Assembly (NCBI GenBank): GCA_903895725.1
Contig: CAITUV010000063.1
Span: forward strand, 51,902-115,901
DNA: 64,000 nucleotides
Source: an uncultured Myxococcales bacterium
Lineage (GTDB): Bacteria > Myxococcota_A > UBA9042 > CAIXZC01
Reading direction: 5' to 3'
Position 1 is the stretch's first letter. Each line of letters starts with the position of its first letter. Positions 44,016 to 53,175 of the stretch are shown in pieces. Both the position numbers and the translations under genes were made by a program. Under the pieces are notes generated by a model, which saw nothing but the letters and a program-made list of their open reading frames with translations, ran no database searches and was not told the DNA's origin.

Positions 44016-45470
44016 TCATTTTCCACCCTCGCTCGGACTTCCCGTCTCGGCCGGCTTCTCCGGTTCCGCCGGCTTCTCGGTCCCCGTCTCGGCCGGCTTC
44101 TCAGGCTCTGCCGGCTTCCCGGTCCCGGTCTCGGTCTCGGCCGGTTTCTCCGGTTCCGCGGGCTTCTCGGTCCCCGGTTCCTCCGCGGGCTTCTCGGGCT
44201 CGGCCGGCTTCTCCGGCTCCGGCGGACGTTCCGCCTCGAGCTTCTTCATTTCCTCCATGGCCTTGATCGTCTCGCGGATACCCTTGATGCGGAGCTCCAT
44301 CTCCTTGAACTTCGGGTGCTTCTTGTCCAGCCGGCTCTGGAATTCCTGGCAGGTGCCGAGAGCGCTCTGGAGGTCCTGGATGTACTCGTGCTCCAGGATG
44401 CAGAGGTTGTACCGGCCATCGAGCTGGGAAGGATCGCGGTTGACGAGGTCCCTGAGCAGCTTGCGGGCTTCGTCGAAGCGCTCCAGTCCACGCAGCGAGA
44501 GGGCATAGGAGATCTGGAACTCGGTGTTGGCCGGCTCAGCCTTGAGCACGATTTCAAACTCCCGGGCAGCCAGCTCGAAGTCCTTGAAGTTGAGAGAAAC
44601 GGCCGCCAGGTTCTTGTGGGCATCGAGATAGGCGGAATCGGCCATGGTGGCGGCCTGGAAGAGCGTGATGGACCCCTTGATGTCATCCCGCTTGAGCTGG
44701 ATGAGGCCCATGAGGTTCAGGATCGGGGCATTGTTCTTGTCGATGCGCAGGGCGCTCTCGCAGACCAGCTCGCCGACGTCGTACTGCCCCTTGCGGAACA
44801 GGGCGATGGCCATGTTGAGGTACGCATTCATGTTGTTGGGATCGCCCAGGAGAGCGATTCGGCAGTGCTTGATCGCCTCGTCCAGATTCCCCTCATTGAG
44901 GGCCTTCTGGGACAGATAGTTCCGGGCCGGAGCGCAGTACTTGTCGGCCAGGAGCGCCTGGTCGATGAGCATGGTGGCCTTGTCGGTCTCGTTGTTGAGC
45001 GCGGCCAGCACGCCGAGCTGCGCCGTGGCTTCGGAGAAGTCCGGTGCCCGGCTCAGCACCTGCTGGAAGTAGCTGGCGGCCTTGTCGCGGGCCCCGAGGC
45101 GGAGGTAGAACACGCCAAGGTCGTACACGGCCTCGACCACGGGGTCGTTGCCGCCGGACAGGCGGAGCAGCTCGGCCTCGACCTCGCTGCCCAGGGCAAG
45201 TTGAGCCGGGTCCGCCTTGAGGCGCTCGAGTGCCTTGCGGAGCTCGGCACCGGGGCCGGTTTCCTCGATGGGAGCGGCCGCTTCGCCGACGGTCTCCTCG
45301 GTCCCCTCTCCTCCCTCGGTCGCTTCGACGTCGACGGGGGAATCGCCCGTGGGAGTCTCCTCGAGAGGGGAATCCCCGGTTGCCGGGGTCTCATCCGCAG
45401 GCTGGGAGAGGGCCGGCAACGCGGCCACGGTCAACGACAAGAAGGTTGCAATGGCGAGCAGCGTTCTCAT
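44016..45470 (-). CDS. gltE: GltE/AglT-like TPR protein with C-terminal PAEPEK repeats
   Basis: Sec signal; multiple TPRs; position between gltD and gltF; ATGA-type overlap with gltD. Confidence 0.75.
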   Translation of the reverse strand: MRTLLAIATFLSLTVAALPALSQPADETPATGDSPLEETPTGDSPVDVEATEGGEGTEETVGEAAAPIEETGPGAELRKALERLKADPAQLALGSEVEAELLRLSGGNDPVVEAVYDLGVFYLRLGARDKAASYFQQVLSRAPDFSEATAQLGVLAALNNETDKATMLIDQALLADKYCAPARNYLSQKALNEGNLDEAIKHCRIALLGDPNNMNAYLNMAIALFRKGQYDVGELVCESALRIDKNNAPILNLMGLIQLKRDDIKGSITLFQAATMADSAYLDAHKNLAAVSLNFKDFELAAREFEIVLKAEPANTEFQISYALSLRGLERFDEARKLLRDLVNRDPSQLDGRYNLCILEHEYIQDLQSALGTCQEFQSRLDKKHPKFKEMELRIKGIRETIKAMEEMKKLEAERPPEPEKPAEPEKPAEEPGTEKPAEPEKPAETETGTGKPAEPEKPAETGTEKPAEPEKPAETGSPSEGGK

Positions 45471-48400
45471 TTCGTCTCACCTCCCGGTGCGGGCGTGCCG
45501 GTCGGAGCAGCCCCGGGCGGGGTTTCTCCTGCTGGCGGCGCCGTCCCCGCCGGTGGAGTCCCTGCCGGTGGAGTCCCTGGCGGTGGAGTCCCTGCCGGCG
45601 GAGTCCCTGCCGGCGGAGTCCCCGGAGCCGGAGGTACCGGCTTGCTGCCCGACTCGTCGGCAGAGGCCTTGAACACCACCACCTTGCGCAGCTTGAAGTC
45701 GGGGGGATTGGCTCCTGCCGAGAGGAAGCCGGGCCGGACACGGTATTCCTTCATGCCCGCGAACTGGAATTCCAGCACAGACAGGCGCTGTTCCGCCTTT
45801 TCCGTGTAGTCATTGAAAATATGGTTGGTCTTGGCTTCCTCCAGGCATTTCTTGTAGGCAGCGGCGGCCTTCGTGCGGAAGGCCTGGGCAGCCTCGGAGA
45901 GCTGGAGCTTGTACTCCTCCTGTTCGTCCTCGGTCAGCCCGGGGGGCATGGGGGAGTTCTCGAAGTCGTCGCCGAACTTCTCCCAGGCAGCACCGATCTT
46001 GTACAGAGCGGCGCTGTTCCAGAAGGGCTGCTTGAGGCTGAGGACGGTGAGGTAGAGCTTCTCCGCCTCGGTGGTGATGCGGATCTTCTTCTCCGTGTCC
46101 TCCTTGAGGGTCTTGCGGGTCAGCTTGATGCTGACGGCCTCTTCGAACATGGCGTCCGCATTGTTGAAGTAGGCCCAGGCGATGGCGGTGATGCCTCGGC
46201 GGCCCACCTTCTTCTTGTCTTCGTCGGAAAGCTTCTTGAACGTGTCGATGACGGCCTCGAACTGCTTGCGGGCCTCCTTGATCTTCTTTTGCGCGGCCAG
46301 GCACTCGCCGATCTCCTGGTATGCGGCCAGGAGGAGGTTGACGCCGCCGGCAGCCCGGTACCTGGCCAGGTAGTTGTTGTAGTGCTTGATGGCCTCGGTG
46401 TACTTCCCCTCCCGCTTGTAAAGGGTGCCGATGTCGAAGAAGACGGCCGGGACCTTCGGGTCCTTCTTGAACAGGTTGATGTACCGCTCGTAGTTGCGGA
46501 TCGCCTCCTGGTTCTGGCCCAGACCCCGGCGGAACGCGGACGCGAAGATCAGCGCTTCCTTGACCTTGACCTCCTTGGGGTGGTCCTGCGCGTACTTCTC
46601 GTAGTAATCGGCTGCCTGGTCGTAGACTGCGGCCGCCCGGTAGGTCTCCGCAATCAGGTACAAGGCCCGGGGGCCGAGCTTGGAGGAGCGGGCGCAGCAG
46701 TTGTAGAGCTGGGCGTTGGCCTTGAGGGCCTTCTCGTACTTGCGGGCCCGCTGGTAGTTGACGGCCGCGTTGTAGAGCGACTTGTCCATGAGCTTGGACT
46801 CGGGGAACTTCACGGTGTAGTCCACGAAGCAATCCGCCGCAGCCTCGAACTGCTTATCGAACTCGTACTGGAAGCACCGGTTGAACTTGGCCCGGTCGCG
46901 GATCTTGTTGATGATGGCCAGCAGCTCCCCTTGGGCCAGGGCCGGCATGGCGTACAGCTTGTCGGCCCAGGCGTTGAGGCTGTTGATGTCGCGAAGCATG
47001 GTGAAGCTGGACAGGAGCAGTTTGGCCGAGTCCGGGGCCACTTCGCTGGTCGGATACTGCTCGACCAGCTCGGACAGCCGAGGGGCCGCATCCTTGAAGT
47101 GATTGAAATCATACAGGATCTTTGCCGCAGCGAACTTGGCCTGGATGATCTCTTCCGGGTCGTCCGAACCGATGCCGACGAAGCGGTCGCACGCGGTGAC
47201 CATGTTGGCATACTGCTCGGGGATCTCGGTCTCTTTGGCCTGGTCTTCTTCCTCCTCCCCCTTGACCACGGTCTTCTTCGAGGTGTCGATGACCTTGTAG
47301 TAGCACATCAGGGCGGTGTAGGCAGCCTCCTTGGCGTACTTGCCCTGGGGATCCATGGCAATCACGCGCTCGTACTCGACGACGGCCTTGCCGTAGTCTT
47401 CGAGCTGGTAGAGCAGGATGGCGTGGTTCATCAGCATCTGGTAGCGGCCCGAGCCCTCGGGGAACAGGCGCAGATAGTGGTCGTACACCTCCTGGGCCAG
47501 GAGCATGGCCTTCTTCTCCATGGTCTTCTGGGCCTCGAAGTGGTAGGTGATGGCCATAGTGCGCAGGAGCTCTTCGACCTTCTCCTTCTCCTGGGCGATG
47601 ACGGAGGAGTTCTCCTTCTGGAGAGCCTCGTACAGCTCGACCATCCGGATGATCTCAGTGCGGGTCCGGACCTTGTCCGCAGTCTTGTCCGCTGCCTCGA
47701 CGATGTTGCGCTGGTAGGTGAGGACGGTAGGCGATTCCGGCTCTTCCGCAATGATGTTGCGGTACATCGTGATCGCCTTCTCGTACTCGCCCTGGTCCAG
47801 GTACAGCCGGGCAAGCCGGGCCGACAGCACCAGGTAGATCTCCGGAGCGATTCCCTTGAAGAACGGGATGGCCTTGGCTTCCTTGCCGATCTGGCTGTAA
47901 GCCAGGACGATGTCCTTCTGGGCCTCGGCCTTCAGGCCGATTTTGCCGGTGGTGCCTTCCTTCTCGGCCTCCATGGCGTACTGGATGACTTCAACGAACT
48001 TCTTGAAAGCCTCCTCGTACTCGCCCATGTTGTAATGACACCAGGCCTGCTTGTAGATGGCAAATGGATAAATCTTAGAATCCGGGAAACTAATAACTCT
48101 TTTGTAGAATTCGATTGCGGTGTCGAACTCGTCCTGCTGGAAATAATACTCTCCAACGTTCACAAGAGCATCGGGGAGGTATTTTGATTCTGGGAAGCTC
48201 GTGATTAGTTGGGTATAGTAATTATACCCAGCTTCGTACTCGCTCATCTGGGTGCTGAAGTTGCCCAGGTAGAAGAGGACCATGTCGAGCTTGTCGTAGT
48301 CCGGGTACTTCTGCTCGATTTCCTGGAAGATCTTGATGGCCTTGCGGCGCCATTCCTTCTGCTGCTCCAGCAGGCCGTCCCGCTTGGCCTCGGCGAGGCG

Positions 48401-48817
48401 GACGCGTTCTTCGTCGTTGGCGTTCTGGGCAGCTAGGATCTCCTTGTCGAGCTCATCGGAGTAGGCCTGCATGAAGTAGCTCTCGGCCTTTTCCCAGTAG
48501 AGGTTGGCAAGACGAGCGTAGTAGACCGGCTTTTCCGGATCGTCTTCTTCGGCGTAGTCGATGATGCGGTACAGCGACTCGATGGCGGCCTGGAGCTTCT
48601 CTTCGGAAGCGCTGGGCTTGACCCGGTAGAGGTCTTCTGCGGAGAGACCCGGTCGAGGCTTCTTACCCTTGGTCTCCTCCTTCGGCTTGACCTCTTCCTT
48701 CTTGACCTCGCCTCCGGTATCGATCTTCGGGACATAGCCCTTCCCCTGCCCGTAGGACGGGACTGGGGGGGCATATGCCGCAAGCAGGACGATGGCGAAC
48801 AGTAGGGCTCGTTTCAT
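45467..48817 (-). CDS. gltD: GltD/AgmU-like large TPR protein with C-terminal PAGTP repeats
   Basis: Signal peptide; 1116 aa of TPR/YbgF-like repeats (YKQAWCHYN, LYNAAVNYQ); gene order. Confidence 0.8.
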   Translation of the reverse strand: MKRALLFAIVLLAAYAPPVPSYGQGKGYVPKIDTGGEVKKEEVKPKEETKGKKPRPGLSAEDLYRVKPSASEEKLQAAIESLYRIIDYAEEDDPEKPVYYARLANLYWEKAESYFMQAYSDELDKEILAAQNANDEERVRLAEAKRDGLLEQQKEWRRKAIKIFQEIEQKYPDYDKLDMVLFYLGNFSTQMSEYEAGYNYYTQLITSFPESKYLPDALVNVGEYYFQQDEFDTAIEFYKRVISFPDSKIYPFAIYKQAWCHYNMGEYEEAFKKFVEVIQYAMEAEKEGTTGKIGLKAEAQKDIVLAYSQIGKEAKAIPFFKGIAPEIYLVLSARLARLYLDQGEYEKAITMYRNIIAEEPESPTVLTYQRNIVEAADKTADKVRTRTEIIRMVELYEALQKENSSVIAQEKEKVEELLRTMAITYHFEAQKTMEKKAMLLAQEVYDHYLRLFPEGSGRYQMLMNHAILLYQLEDYGKAVVEYERVIAMDPQGKYAKEAAYTALMCYYKVIDTSKKTVVKGEEEEDQAKETEIPEQYANMVTACDRFVGIGSDDPEEIIQAKFAAAKILYDFNHFKDAAPRLSELVEQYPTSEVAPDSAKLLLSSFTMLRDINSLNAWADKLYAMPALAQGELLAIINKIRDRAKFNRCFQYEFDKQFEAAADCFVDYTVKFPESKLMDKSLYNAAVNYQRARKYEKALKANAQLYNCCARSSKLGPRALYLIAETYRAAAVYDQAADYYEKYAQDHPKEVKVKEALIFASAFRRGLGQNQEAIRNYERYINLFKKDPKVPAVFFDIGTLYKREGKYTEAIKHYNNYLARYRAAGGVNLLLAAYQEIGECLAAQKKIKEARKQFEAVIDTFKKLSDEDKKKVGRRGITAIAWAYFNNADAMFEEAVSIKLTRKTLKEDTEKKIRITTEAEKLYLTVLSLKQPFWNSAALYKIGAAWEKFGDDFENSPMPPGLTEDEQEEYKLQLSEAAQAFRTKAAAAYKKCLEEAKTNHIFNDYTEKAEQRLSVLEFQFAGMKEYRVRPGFLSAGANPPDFKLRKVVVFKASADESGSKPVPPAPGTPPAGTPPAGTPPPGTPPAGTPPAGTAPPAGETPPGAAPTGTPAPGGETK

Positions 48818-48841
48818 GGTGCCTCCCGCCTCTGAGCTCCG

Positions 48842-50437
48842 CTAGGGCTTTGCCGGCTTCGGTGCTTCCGGGCACAGGTTCTCAACTCGGAAAAGATAGG
48901 AATCCAGCTCGTCCTTCCAATACTCGCCGTCGAAGGGCCATGCGAGGTGCTCGTCGTCCCGACGGACGACCCAGCCGGTGCTTTGCCCCTGGGCCTTTGC
49001 GCCCTCGCGCTTGCCTTCGATGACTTCCTTGAGGGCGTTGAGCGACTCGAACTTGACCTTCATGGCCTGGCCGACGAGGCGTTGGAGCTCGCGGCGCTTG
49101 AGGTCGAGCCGGGCGCGGGCCTGCTCGCCGGTTTCGCCGATGGCCAGCTCTCGGTAGGTGACGAGCTCGCCCAGGAGCCGCTCGGCCAGGTCCTTCTGGA
49201 CCGCGGCCTGGCGCATGCTCTCGAGGAGGGCCTCCTCGCGGTCGAGCGCGACGATGAACGAGAAGAGGCGGTAGAGCTTCTTGTCCGCCAGGGCGAGGTT
49301 GAAGATTCTCTTGAGCTTGCGGGAGAACCCCTTGCCCTTGGCCGACAGGGCCGCGAGCCAGTAGTAGAAGTCCGCAGGGTCCTCGTTCTGGGCAAGCTGG
49401 GTGTTCATCTCCTTGCGGAGGTCGTCGTACTCGCGCACGAAGGCGTCGACGACGACGATGGCATCCTCGTAGCGGCAGTTGGAGAAGAGAATCACGGCCT
49501 GCAGGACGCGGGACTCGGGGAAGTACTGCTCCTCGAAGTACGGGGAGTTGAGCGTGTGCAGGTTGCCCATGGCCCGCTCGTTGTTGTTGGCCCGGAAGAA
49601 GGTCCAACTCTTCTCGAACAGGGCCTGCAGCCAGTCGCCCGAGTACTTCTCGATTTCGTCGTAGTACTTGAGTGCCCGGTCGAAGTCGCCGGTGGAGTAG
49701 AAGATTCGGGCGATGGCCATGATGGCCCGCGACCGGAACTTCTGCGCGAGGGCCGACGGAGCCACGCTGCCCTGGACGTAGCGCAGGACCTCCTTGAAGG
49801 CGTCGAGCGATTCCTTGGCCTTGTTGCGGCGGGCGTGGATGGCCCCGGTCAGGTAGGTGGACGGGAGGTAATGCTCCTCGGACTTGGCGTCGACGACCTT
49901 GAGGGCATCCAGTGCGGAATCGAGATCGTCCTGGGTGTAGTAGAACTGGCCCACTGTATGGGCGATCTCGTTCTTCAGCTCGGGTGGGTAGCTCTCCGCC
50001 GGATAGGCAGCCAGGTACTCACGAACCCCCTGGAACCCCGGTACCTCGCGGGAAATCTGCACCAGCCAGGGCAGGGTCTTGAGGAAGTAGGCGTGGGTAT
50101 CGCCGCCGTCCACGATACGGGCGAAGTAGGTGAAGGAGGAGTAGACCAGGCCGAGGTTGTGGAGGTTGACGGCCATGGCATACTCGGCCTCTTTGTAGTA
50201 GTCCTCCACCGGCTCCCCGCGCTCGAGGATTCCGTTGAAGGCGACGCAGGCCTCGTAGTAGTAGCCGTTGTCGGCCAGGGTGGTGCCTTCCTTGAGCAGC
50301 CCCAGGAAGAACTGGCGCTTGCCGGAATCCGCCGCAGCGGCGGCGGCCGGAGTCTCCTCCTCTTCCTGGCACAGCCCGACGTGGCTCCACATCCCGAGGC
50401 ACAGGATCACGGCCAATGCAGACAGCGGTCTCATCAT
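48842..50437 (-). CDS. gltC: GltC-like TPR protein
   Basis: Signal peptide after ATG 50437; ALFEKSW..AMGNLHTLNSPYF; C-terminal WPFDGEYWKDEL motif. Confidence 0.8.
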   Translation of the reverse strand: MMRPLSALAVILCLGMWSHVGLCQEEEETPAAAAAADSGKRQFFLGLLKEGTTLADNGYYYEACVAFNGILERGEPVEDYYKEAEYAMAVNLHNLGLVYSSFTYFARIVDGGDTHAYFLKTLPWLVQISREVPGFQGVREYLAAYPAESYPPELKNEIAHTVGQFYYTQDDLDSALDALKVVDAKSEEHYLPSTYLTGAIHARRNKAKESLDAFKEVLRYVQGSVAPSALAQKFRSRAIMAIARIFYSTGDFDRALKYYDEIEKYSGDWLQALFEKSWTFFRANNNERAMGNLHTLNSPYFEEQYFPESRVLQAVILFSNCRYEDAIVVVDAFVREYDDLRKEMNTQLAQNEDPADFYYWLAALSAKGKGFSRKLKRIFNLALADKKLYRLFSFIVALDREEALLESMRQAAVQKDLAERLLGELVTYRELAIGETGEQARARLDLKRRELQRLVGQAMKVKFESLNALKEVIEGKREGAKAQGQSTGWVVRRDDEHLAWPFDGEYWKDELDSYLFRVENLCPEAPKPAKP

Positions 50438-50500
50438 CCCCTCTCCCTCGTGCGCGGTGCGTAAAGCTCCCTTAAAGAACTGACACTCATAGTCTCTTAT

Positions 50501-50529
50501 TCCATAGGCGACGGGACGGGAAGTGTCAA
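50501..50529 (-). promoter_or_regulatory. Putative promoter of the glt-like operon
   Basis: Perfect TTGACA, then N17, then a weak -10 TATGGA. Confidence 0.35.
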
Positions 50530-50633
50530 GAAAAAACCGGGGTTCGAAGGGGGGGGGGAACACCCCCCTTTACAGACCGAGGCATTCTGACGCATCATCC
50601 GGGATCGTGGTCTTTTCCTGGAGGAGGTCGGCC

Positions 50634-51893
50634 ATGAAATCGGTTCGCCCCGGTACGGTTGCCGGGTTTGCCTGCATCCACTGTGGTCGAGAGAGCGAGT
50701 TCGTGTTTCCCGCTTACCGTTGCACCTGCGGGGGCAACCTGGAGGTCCGGTACGATGCCGCCGCGGTGAGGCGTGCGATCGGGAAGCCGTCGCTGGAGGA
50801 GCTGGGGCGGCGGGGGCACTGGATCTGGCTGCCCATGCTGCCGGTGACGGAGGCCGGCGTCGCGGCCTTCTCGCTGACCGTTGGTGGGTCTCCGTTGGTC
50901 GAGCGTCGTGATCTGGCCCGGTCCGCTGGGGTGGGGCGGCTCCTGCTCAAGGATGATACCCGCCTGCCGAGCGCCTCGTTCAAGGACCGTGCCTCGTCGG
51001 TCCTGGTTGCAATGGCCGCGGAGCGGGGAATCCGGAGGGTCTGCACGGCCTCCACGGGGAACGCCGGCTGCTCCATGGCCTGCCTGTGTGCCGATGCCGG
51101 CCTGGAGGCCGTGGTATTCGTGCCCGCAACGGCCCCCAAGGCCAAGATCGCCCAGCTCCTGTTCTACGGGGCCCGGGTCGTGAAGGTGGCGGGGACCTAT
51201 GACGACGCGTTCGACCTGTGCTGGGCGCTTTCACAGAAGCACGGCTGGTTCAATCGAAGCACCGGATGGAATCCGTTCACCCGGGAAGGAAAGAAGACCG
51301 TGTCGCTCGAGATCATGCAGCAGCTCGGCTGGCAGGTCCCGGATGCCGTGCTCGTGCCGGTCGGCGACGGCAACATCATCTCCGGCGTCTTCAAGGGATT
51401 CGTCGACCTGAAGATGGCCGGGCTCATCTCCACGCTGCCCCGTATCATCGCGGTCCAGTCGACCCTGAGCAACGCGGTCAGCCTGGCCGTCGGCCGGGTC
51501 CGCGAAGGGATGGATCCCGTCGCAGCGGTCCAGCCGGTCCGGGCAACGACACGGGCCGACTCGATCAGCGTGGATCTGCCGCGGGACGGCGTGGCCGCGG
51601 TCAAGGCCGTCATGCAGAGCGGCGGGGACGTGGTGGAGGTCAGCGACGACGAGATCCGTCAGGCCATCGTGACACTTGCCGGCCGGACCGGGATCTTCTC
51701 CGAACCAGCGGGGGCCACGGCCTACGCGGGCCTGCAGCGCTGGGCCGAGCGGCAACCCGACGCGTCCCGTCTGACTGTGGTCTGTCTCGTGACCGGCAAC
51801 GGGCTCAAGGACGTCGAGGCGGCAGCGGCCCTTCTCCCGCCTCCGACCGAGGTGAAGCCGGGGGCCGAGGTCGTGCCCGGGCTGGTGGAGTGA
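50634..51893 (+). CDS. thrC: Threonine synthase (fold-type II PLP enzyme)
   Basis: GGAGGAGG RBS; PLP lysine SASFKDR; ASTGNAG, EGKKT, VPVGDGN, VTGNGLKD. Confidence 0.88.
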   Translation: MKSVRPGTVAGFACIHCGRESEFVFPAYRCTCGGNLEVRYDAAAVRRAIGKPSLEELGRRGHWIWLPMLPVTEAGVAAFSLTVGGSPLVERRDLARSAGVGRLLLKDDTRLPSASFKDRASSVLVAMAAERGIRRVCTASTGNAGCSMACLCADAGLEAVVFVPATAPKAKIAQLLFYGARVVKVAGTYDDAFDLCWALSQKHGWFNRSTGWNPFTREGKKTVSLEIMQQLGWQVPDAVLVPVGDGNIISGVFKGFVDLKMAGLISTLPRIIAVQSTLSNAVSLAVGRVREGMDPVAAVQPVRATTRADSISVDLPRDGVAAVKAVMQSGGDVVEVSDDEIRQAIVTLAGRTGIFSEPAGATAYAGLQRWAERQPDASRLTVVCLVTGNGLKDVEAAAALLPPPTEVKPGAEVVPGLVE

Positions 51894-51901
51894 GGGGAAG
51901 C

Positions 51902-51973
51902 GTGGGAAGTATGGGAAATATAGGACGTATAGGACGTATAGGACGTATAGGACGTATGGAAGACATGGGACGG
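51902..51973 (+). repeat. 9-bp period array (4 exact ATAGGACGT plus 4 degenerate units)
   Basis: Begins 9 nt after the thrC stop. Confidence 0.9.
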
Positions 51974-51996
51974 GGGGCGGGCTAGGGGGGGCTTTT

Positions 51997-52225
51997 GACT
52001 AGCGGCCGATGGGGCTAGCCGTCCGTCCGGGACTAGCGGCCGATGGGGCTAGCCGTCCGTCCGGGACTAGCGGCCGATGGGGCTAGCCGTCCGTCCGGGA
52101 CTAGCGGCCGATGGGGCTAGCCGTCCGTCCGGGACCAGCGGCCGATGGGGCTAGCCGTCCGTCCGGGACCAGCGGCCGATGGGGCTAGCCGTCCGTCCGG
52201 GACCAGCGGCCGATGGGGCTAGCCG
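51997..52225. repeat. 34-bp tandem repeat, about 6.7 copies
   Basis: GAC[T/C]AGCGGCCGATGGGGCTAGCCGTCCGTCCGG at 51997, 52031, 52065, 52099, 52133, 52167, 52201. Confidence 0.95.
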
Positions 52226-52287
52226 GCTGCTCATGCTAGGCAACCAATCCCGCGATAGAGGCCGTTCTCCCTCAGGGGCGGCGGCGG

Positions 52288-52333
52288 GTCCTATCTGTCC
52301 TATTCGTCCTATCTGTCCTATTCGTCCTATGTC
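52288..52333 (-). repeat. 9-bp period array (ATAGGAC[GA/AG] x5 on the minus strand)
   Basis: GTCCTAT at 52288, 52297, 52306, 52315, 52324; enclosed by a 9-bp inverted repeat GCGGCGGCG/CGCCGCCGC. Confidence 0.9.
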
Positions 52334-52366
52334 TTTCGCCGCCGCAGCAGCAGCAGCCGCCGCCGC

Positions 52367-53155
52367 CTACGCCACATCCCCCAGGAACGCCAGCGACCGC
52401 AGGTTGCTTCCAAACAGCCGAGTCAGGAACGGTTCCAGACGGGCAAGCAGGGGCAGGGCAATCGGGGAAACCTCGGGGGCAAGGGGCCACTCGGCCGGAG
52501 CCCCTGCCGTCAGGGCCAGGAGTTGGAGCTCGTGCTCTTCCAACCGAATCCTCCCCGCATGGTGCTCGGCGTGGGAGCTGCAGAGCAGCTCGCCCGTCGC
52601 CGGATCGAGCCAGGCCTCGGACGGGAAGGGGGGCGTGGACGTCCCGGGGGCGGAGAGCCGGGGGAGCGAACAGCCGGAGCAGCGGAGCGGCTGCGGAAGC
52701 AGGTGGAGACGATGGAGTATTCCGCCGGCAGCCAGGAGCGCAGCGGCGGGGCCACAAGGCCCCGGGGCCGCATCGAGGCGGTTCAGGAGGGCGCAGGCAA
52801 AGTCGAACAGCAGCGTTGCCTCATCCGGCTCCACGTGCGCCTTGAGCAGCAGCTCGGCCAGCAGAGAGGCGGCGGCCACCTTGCCCAGGTCGGATCGGAT
52901 GTTCCACCACACCTCGGCCACTTCGGCCCCCTCCAGCGTGGGCATTCCCCGGCCGGTCCGGGAGGCCGAGATGCGGACGTCGGCCAGCGTCAGGCGGTCC
53001 AGGCCGGACGGGAAGCGGCGCCGGCTCGCCCGGGCCGAACGGGCCATGGCACTGACGTTGCCGCGCTCGGCCAGGAACAGGCGCACTACAAGGTCAGCAT
53101 CGCGGTATGGGTGGGTGTCGAGGAGGAGGGCTCGGGTCTCCTGCGTGCGGCTCAT
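52367..53155 (-). CDS. recO: DNA repair protein RecO
   Basis: YRDADLVVRLF..GNVSAMARSARASRRRF; OB fold, helical bundle, CxxC..CxxH zinc motif. Confidence 0.9.
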   Translation of the reverse strand: MSRTQETRALLLDTHPYRDADLVVRLFLAERGNVSAMARSARASRRRFPSGLDRLTLADVRISASRTGRGMPTLEGAEVAEVWWNIRSDLGKVAAASLLAELLLKAHVEPDEATLLFDFACALLNRLDAAPGPCGPAAALLAAGGILHRLHLLPQPLRCSGCSLPRLSAPGTSTPPFPSEAWLDPATGELLCSSHAEHHAGRIRLEEHELQLLALTAGAPAEWPLAPEVSPIALPLLARLEPFLTRLFGSNLRSLAFLGDVA

Positions 53156-53175
53156 CCCCAGGCCCCGGACAGGGA

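Noticed and set aside
44036-44230. PAEPEK and PAGTP low-complexity tails of the GltE- and GltD-like proteins
   Set aside because: Ordinary disordered terminal linkers with no further structure evident
48062-48235. AT-rich islands as DGR variable regions
   Set aside because: No reverse transcriptase or template repeat is present, and DGR mutagenesis replaces adenines rather than enriching them
41469-50437. Claim that the window encodes a complete gliding machine
   Set aside because: Motor (aglRQS), OM barrels (gltA/B/H), gltK and cglB were not recognised here
50538-50571. GGTTCGAA as a tRNA T-loop
   Set aside because: No cloverleaf; it is followed only by a G-run/C-run hairpin in a divergent promoter gap
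51997-52225. 34-bp repeats as a CRISPR array
   Set aside because: Units are directly adjacent with no spacers, and no cas genes are in the window
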